64,000 nucleotides of DNA, taken from NCBI RefSeq assembly GCF_028641065.1, contig NC_073399.1, positions 3,038,001 through 3,102,000 on the forward strand, given 5' to 3'. A program made the translations under genes and the position numbers. The notes beneath the pieces are model-generated. The model saw nothing but the letters and a program-made list of their open reading frames with translations, was not told where the DNA came from and searched no databases. Shown one piece after another: positions 61,434-64,000 of the stretch (within the stretch, counting starts at the first letter, position 1; each line of letters begins with the position of its first letter). Origin of the DNA: Leucoraja erinacea. Lineage: Eukaryota.

Positions 61434-61978
61434 GGACACATTGCTGGGGGTAACTCAGTGGGACAGGCAGCATCTCTGGTGAGAAGGAATGGGTGATGAC
61501 TTGGGTCGAGACCCTTCTTCAGACCCAGAGGCAAGCAGCACTAAGAAAACAAAATGTGTTGGAAGGAACTGCAGATGCTGGTTTAAACTGGAGATAGACA
61601 GAAAATGCTGGAGTAACTCAGTGGGACAGGCAGCATCTCTGGTGAGAAGGAATGGGTGGCATTTCCCCAACAGTCTGGACTGTCCGAAATGCCACCAATT
61701 CCTTCTCTCCAAAGATGCTGCCTGTCCCGCCAAGTTACTCCACCATTTTGTGTCTATAGAGAAAACAAGCGCGACTGTGGTAGCCAGTCTGGGTTGAAAC
61801 GTGGTGGTGGAGCTGGAGGGCTGGAGGAATCACACAGGGAGCAGCGAGAGAGAGAGAGGGTGTTGCAGAACTCTCGTCAGAGAGAGAGCAGAACGTCTTC
61901 AAAGTTGGCATTACCTTGAGGAGATGTTGCAGTGGAGCAGACAAAATGTGTCGGAAGGAACTGCAGAAGCTGGTCGCA
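61434..61978. mobile_element. PLE cluster, including a probable ORF start downstream of the terminal repeat
   Basis: Several arms; on the minus strand the repeat end (ctgcagttccttccgacac) leads into MPTLKTFCSLS...LQLHHHVSTQTGYHS (~61758-61912). Confidence 0.6.
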
Positions 61979-62719
61979 GTGTGGACAGTCACGGTATATA
62001 TTTTTAAAGAGCGGGGCGATGTATCGCCCTTTATTAAAGTTCTTACTGTGCGATATTCATGTATTGAGGTTCAACTGTAATTGTTACTTGAAACCTTACT
62101 CTCTGACGTAGACAGCCACAGTTTGATTGATTTGAAATTTTTTAAATGTACCCTGACTTATTTGACCTTTTTATTATGTGTGCATAACTAACTGCAGACC
62201 AGAAAAAGCTTGGGACCTCCAGGATCTATACATTTATCATCCTTTTTTGGACGCGGATAGCCATTAGAAAATTACTCCACAATTGATTTGCTCAGGATAC
62301 GGTTAATGTTTCATTCTTTGGATATGATCGCTTCTTGCGGCCCAGCCATGCAGAGTCGCATGTGAAGCATATTATGAGCAGGGAAATAGTGAATTTAATA
62401 ATACCCTTTCCCTTCCAGTTCTGACAGGTGTCACAATGCATCATTTATTCGGCTCTGCAGAACATCACAAACACACACACACCCGTGCATCTTTATACTT
62501 TAAATCATTACTGAGTGGGGCCCATAGTCCATTGTTTATCATGGAAGCTGCACACAACACACCTTCTGCTTTTATCAGTCTCATTATCTCTTGAACTCTT
62601 CACCACTTACTCCGTCAACTGGTAATGAAATGTTGATGATTGATTTGCCAGTCCCATCGTGAGCTCTCTTTATGCAATTAAAGTTCGTCACTTTTGGGTG
62701 AAATGCTTCTTTTAATGAC

Positions 62720-62976
62720 GACACAAGGAATTGCAGATGCTGGAATTTTGAGTAAAACACCAAGTACTGGAATAACTCGAAGATAGACACAAAAAGCTGG
62801 AGTAACTCAGCGGGACAGGCAGCATCTCTGGAGAGAAGAAATGGGTGACGTTTAGGGTCAAGCCCCTTCCTACTGGAATAACTCAGACACAAAATGCTGG
62901 AGTAACTCAGCAGGACAAGCAGCACGTCTGGAGAGAAGGAATAGGCGACATTTCGGGTCGAGACCCTTCTTCAGAC
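62720..62976 (-). mobile_element. Nested PLE terminal-repeat fragments
   Basis: Inner insert flanked by tactggaataactc (62765-78, 62871-84). Confidence 0.82.
62947..62974 (-). ncRNA. Candidate minimal hammerhead ribozyme core (best-preserved copy)
   Basis: Minus strand reads CUGAAGA A GGGUC-UC-GACCC GAAA U GUC, with both conserved boxes and a GUC triplet; helix I is only ~2 bp, so activity is unproven. Confidence 0.55.
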
Positions 62977-62982
62977 TAGTTA

Positions 62983-63163
62983 AAGGCCTGTCCCACCTTC
63001 CTGAGGTCTCTGCCGAGTTGCAAGGAGCTTAAAAAAAATAATAATAAAATAAAAAATCAAGATTACAAGCCGCTACGATATATCGACAGACTCCTACGGA
63101 CATTCTCCCAGTTTGAATCAAGAGAGAAATTCGTGAGTAACTCAGGAAAGTGGGACCGGCCCT
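62983..63163. mobile_element. PIF/Harbinger-like MITE
   Basis: aaggcctgtcccac / gtgggaccggccct with TTA on both sides (62980-82, 63164-66). Confidence 0.72.
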
Positions 63164-63519
63164 TTAATCTGTCCATTCTTCCATCTTCCCAACATTTATA
63201 CGGATTTCCTAAAACAGAGAGAAAAAAAATAGGCTGAAATGTTTTGTTATCAGAAGATCTAATAGGTAGTGACCTATAACTTGAAACATTCCTCTTTGCA
63301 TTCCTTATCGAGCCATCAGCTACAACTTAATGTAAAGTTTGAACTATTTAACCAGTTCATCAGCTGTGCATCAGGAGTTAATGAACAGTCCAGCCTCAGG
63401 CTTCCAAACTTCATTGACTTTGTTACCCTTTTTGGCAACAATAGCAATTTGGAAGTTATTTCAGAATTAATTTGCATGAAATCTATTTAGATTTTAACCC
63501 TGGGCTATGAAGGATTTTT

Positions 63520-63862
63520 CATGACATTATGAGGGGCTTAGATAGGGCAGACAACCAGAACCTTTTTCCCAGGATGGAAATGTCCGACACTAGGGGACAT
63601 TGCTATAAGATGAGAGGGGGAAAGTTTAACAGAGATATGCGGGGCAAGTTTTATACCCAGAGGGTGGTGGGTGCCTGGAACGCATTGCCAGGGGTGGTGG
63701 TGTAGACAGGTATGAAAGTGATGTTGAAGAGGCTTTTGGATAGACACATGGAAGTGCAGGGAATAGAGGGATATGAATCACAGGCAGACAGATTAGATCA
63801 TTCAGTTCGACACAAAGATTGTGGGCCAAAGGGCTAATTCCTGGGCTGTACCATTCTATGTT
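63520..63862 (+). mobile_element. Old CR1 3' fragment
   Basis: MRGLDRAD.QNLFPRM...TRGH and TQRVVGAWNALPGVVV; gggccaaagggct tail. Confidence 0.85.
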
Positions 63863-64000
63863 ACACAAAATATTTCTCCCATATGCAGAATTACGAATCA
63901 CATCTGTATGATCGATGGTTCAATGGTAATTTATTGTCATGTGCACCCAGGTACAGTGAAATTAGACACAAAAAGCTGGAGTATCTCAGCGGGACCGGCA

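Overview
This is eukaryotic, repeat-dense intronic or intergenic DNA, most likely from a cartilaginous fish (shark, skate or ray). The inference rests on abundant HE1-type V-SINEs that share their 3' tail with CR1 (HER1-like) LINEs. I find no host protein-coding exon, true tRNA or rRNA gene, or CRISPR array; the listed ORFs I can identify are transposon fragments, their antisense frames, or satellite read-throughs. The window holds many 5'-truncated CR1 LINEs, V-SINEs, Rex1/Babar and L2 remnants, a Tc1 fragment with IR/DR ends, several MITE families (Harbinger-, hAT- and Tc1/mariner-like), a 12-bp satellite split by a GC-rich insert, and a ~1.6-kb tandem duplication. The most interesting signal is a family of about 35 short Penelope-like (PLE) terminal-repeat fragments. 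They carry a minimal hammerhead-ribozyme motif (consensus CTGAAGA-A-GGGTCTCGACCC-GAAAC-GTC), often fold back into palindromes centred on that motif, and are often flanked by their own 11-16 bp target-site duplications (TSDs). One copy has amplified the ribozyme's 3' half into a 7 x 33-bp array. Several young CR1 copies look like blended or low-quality assembly consensus. Coordinates were read by eye and edges are approximate; family names come from recognised motifs, not database searches.
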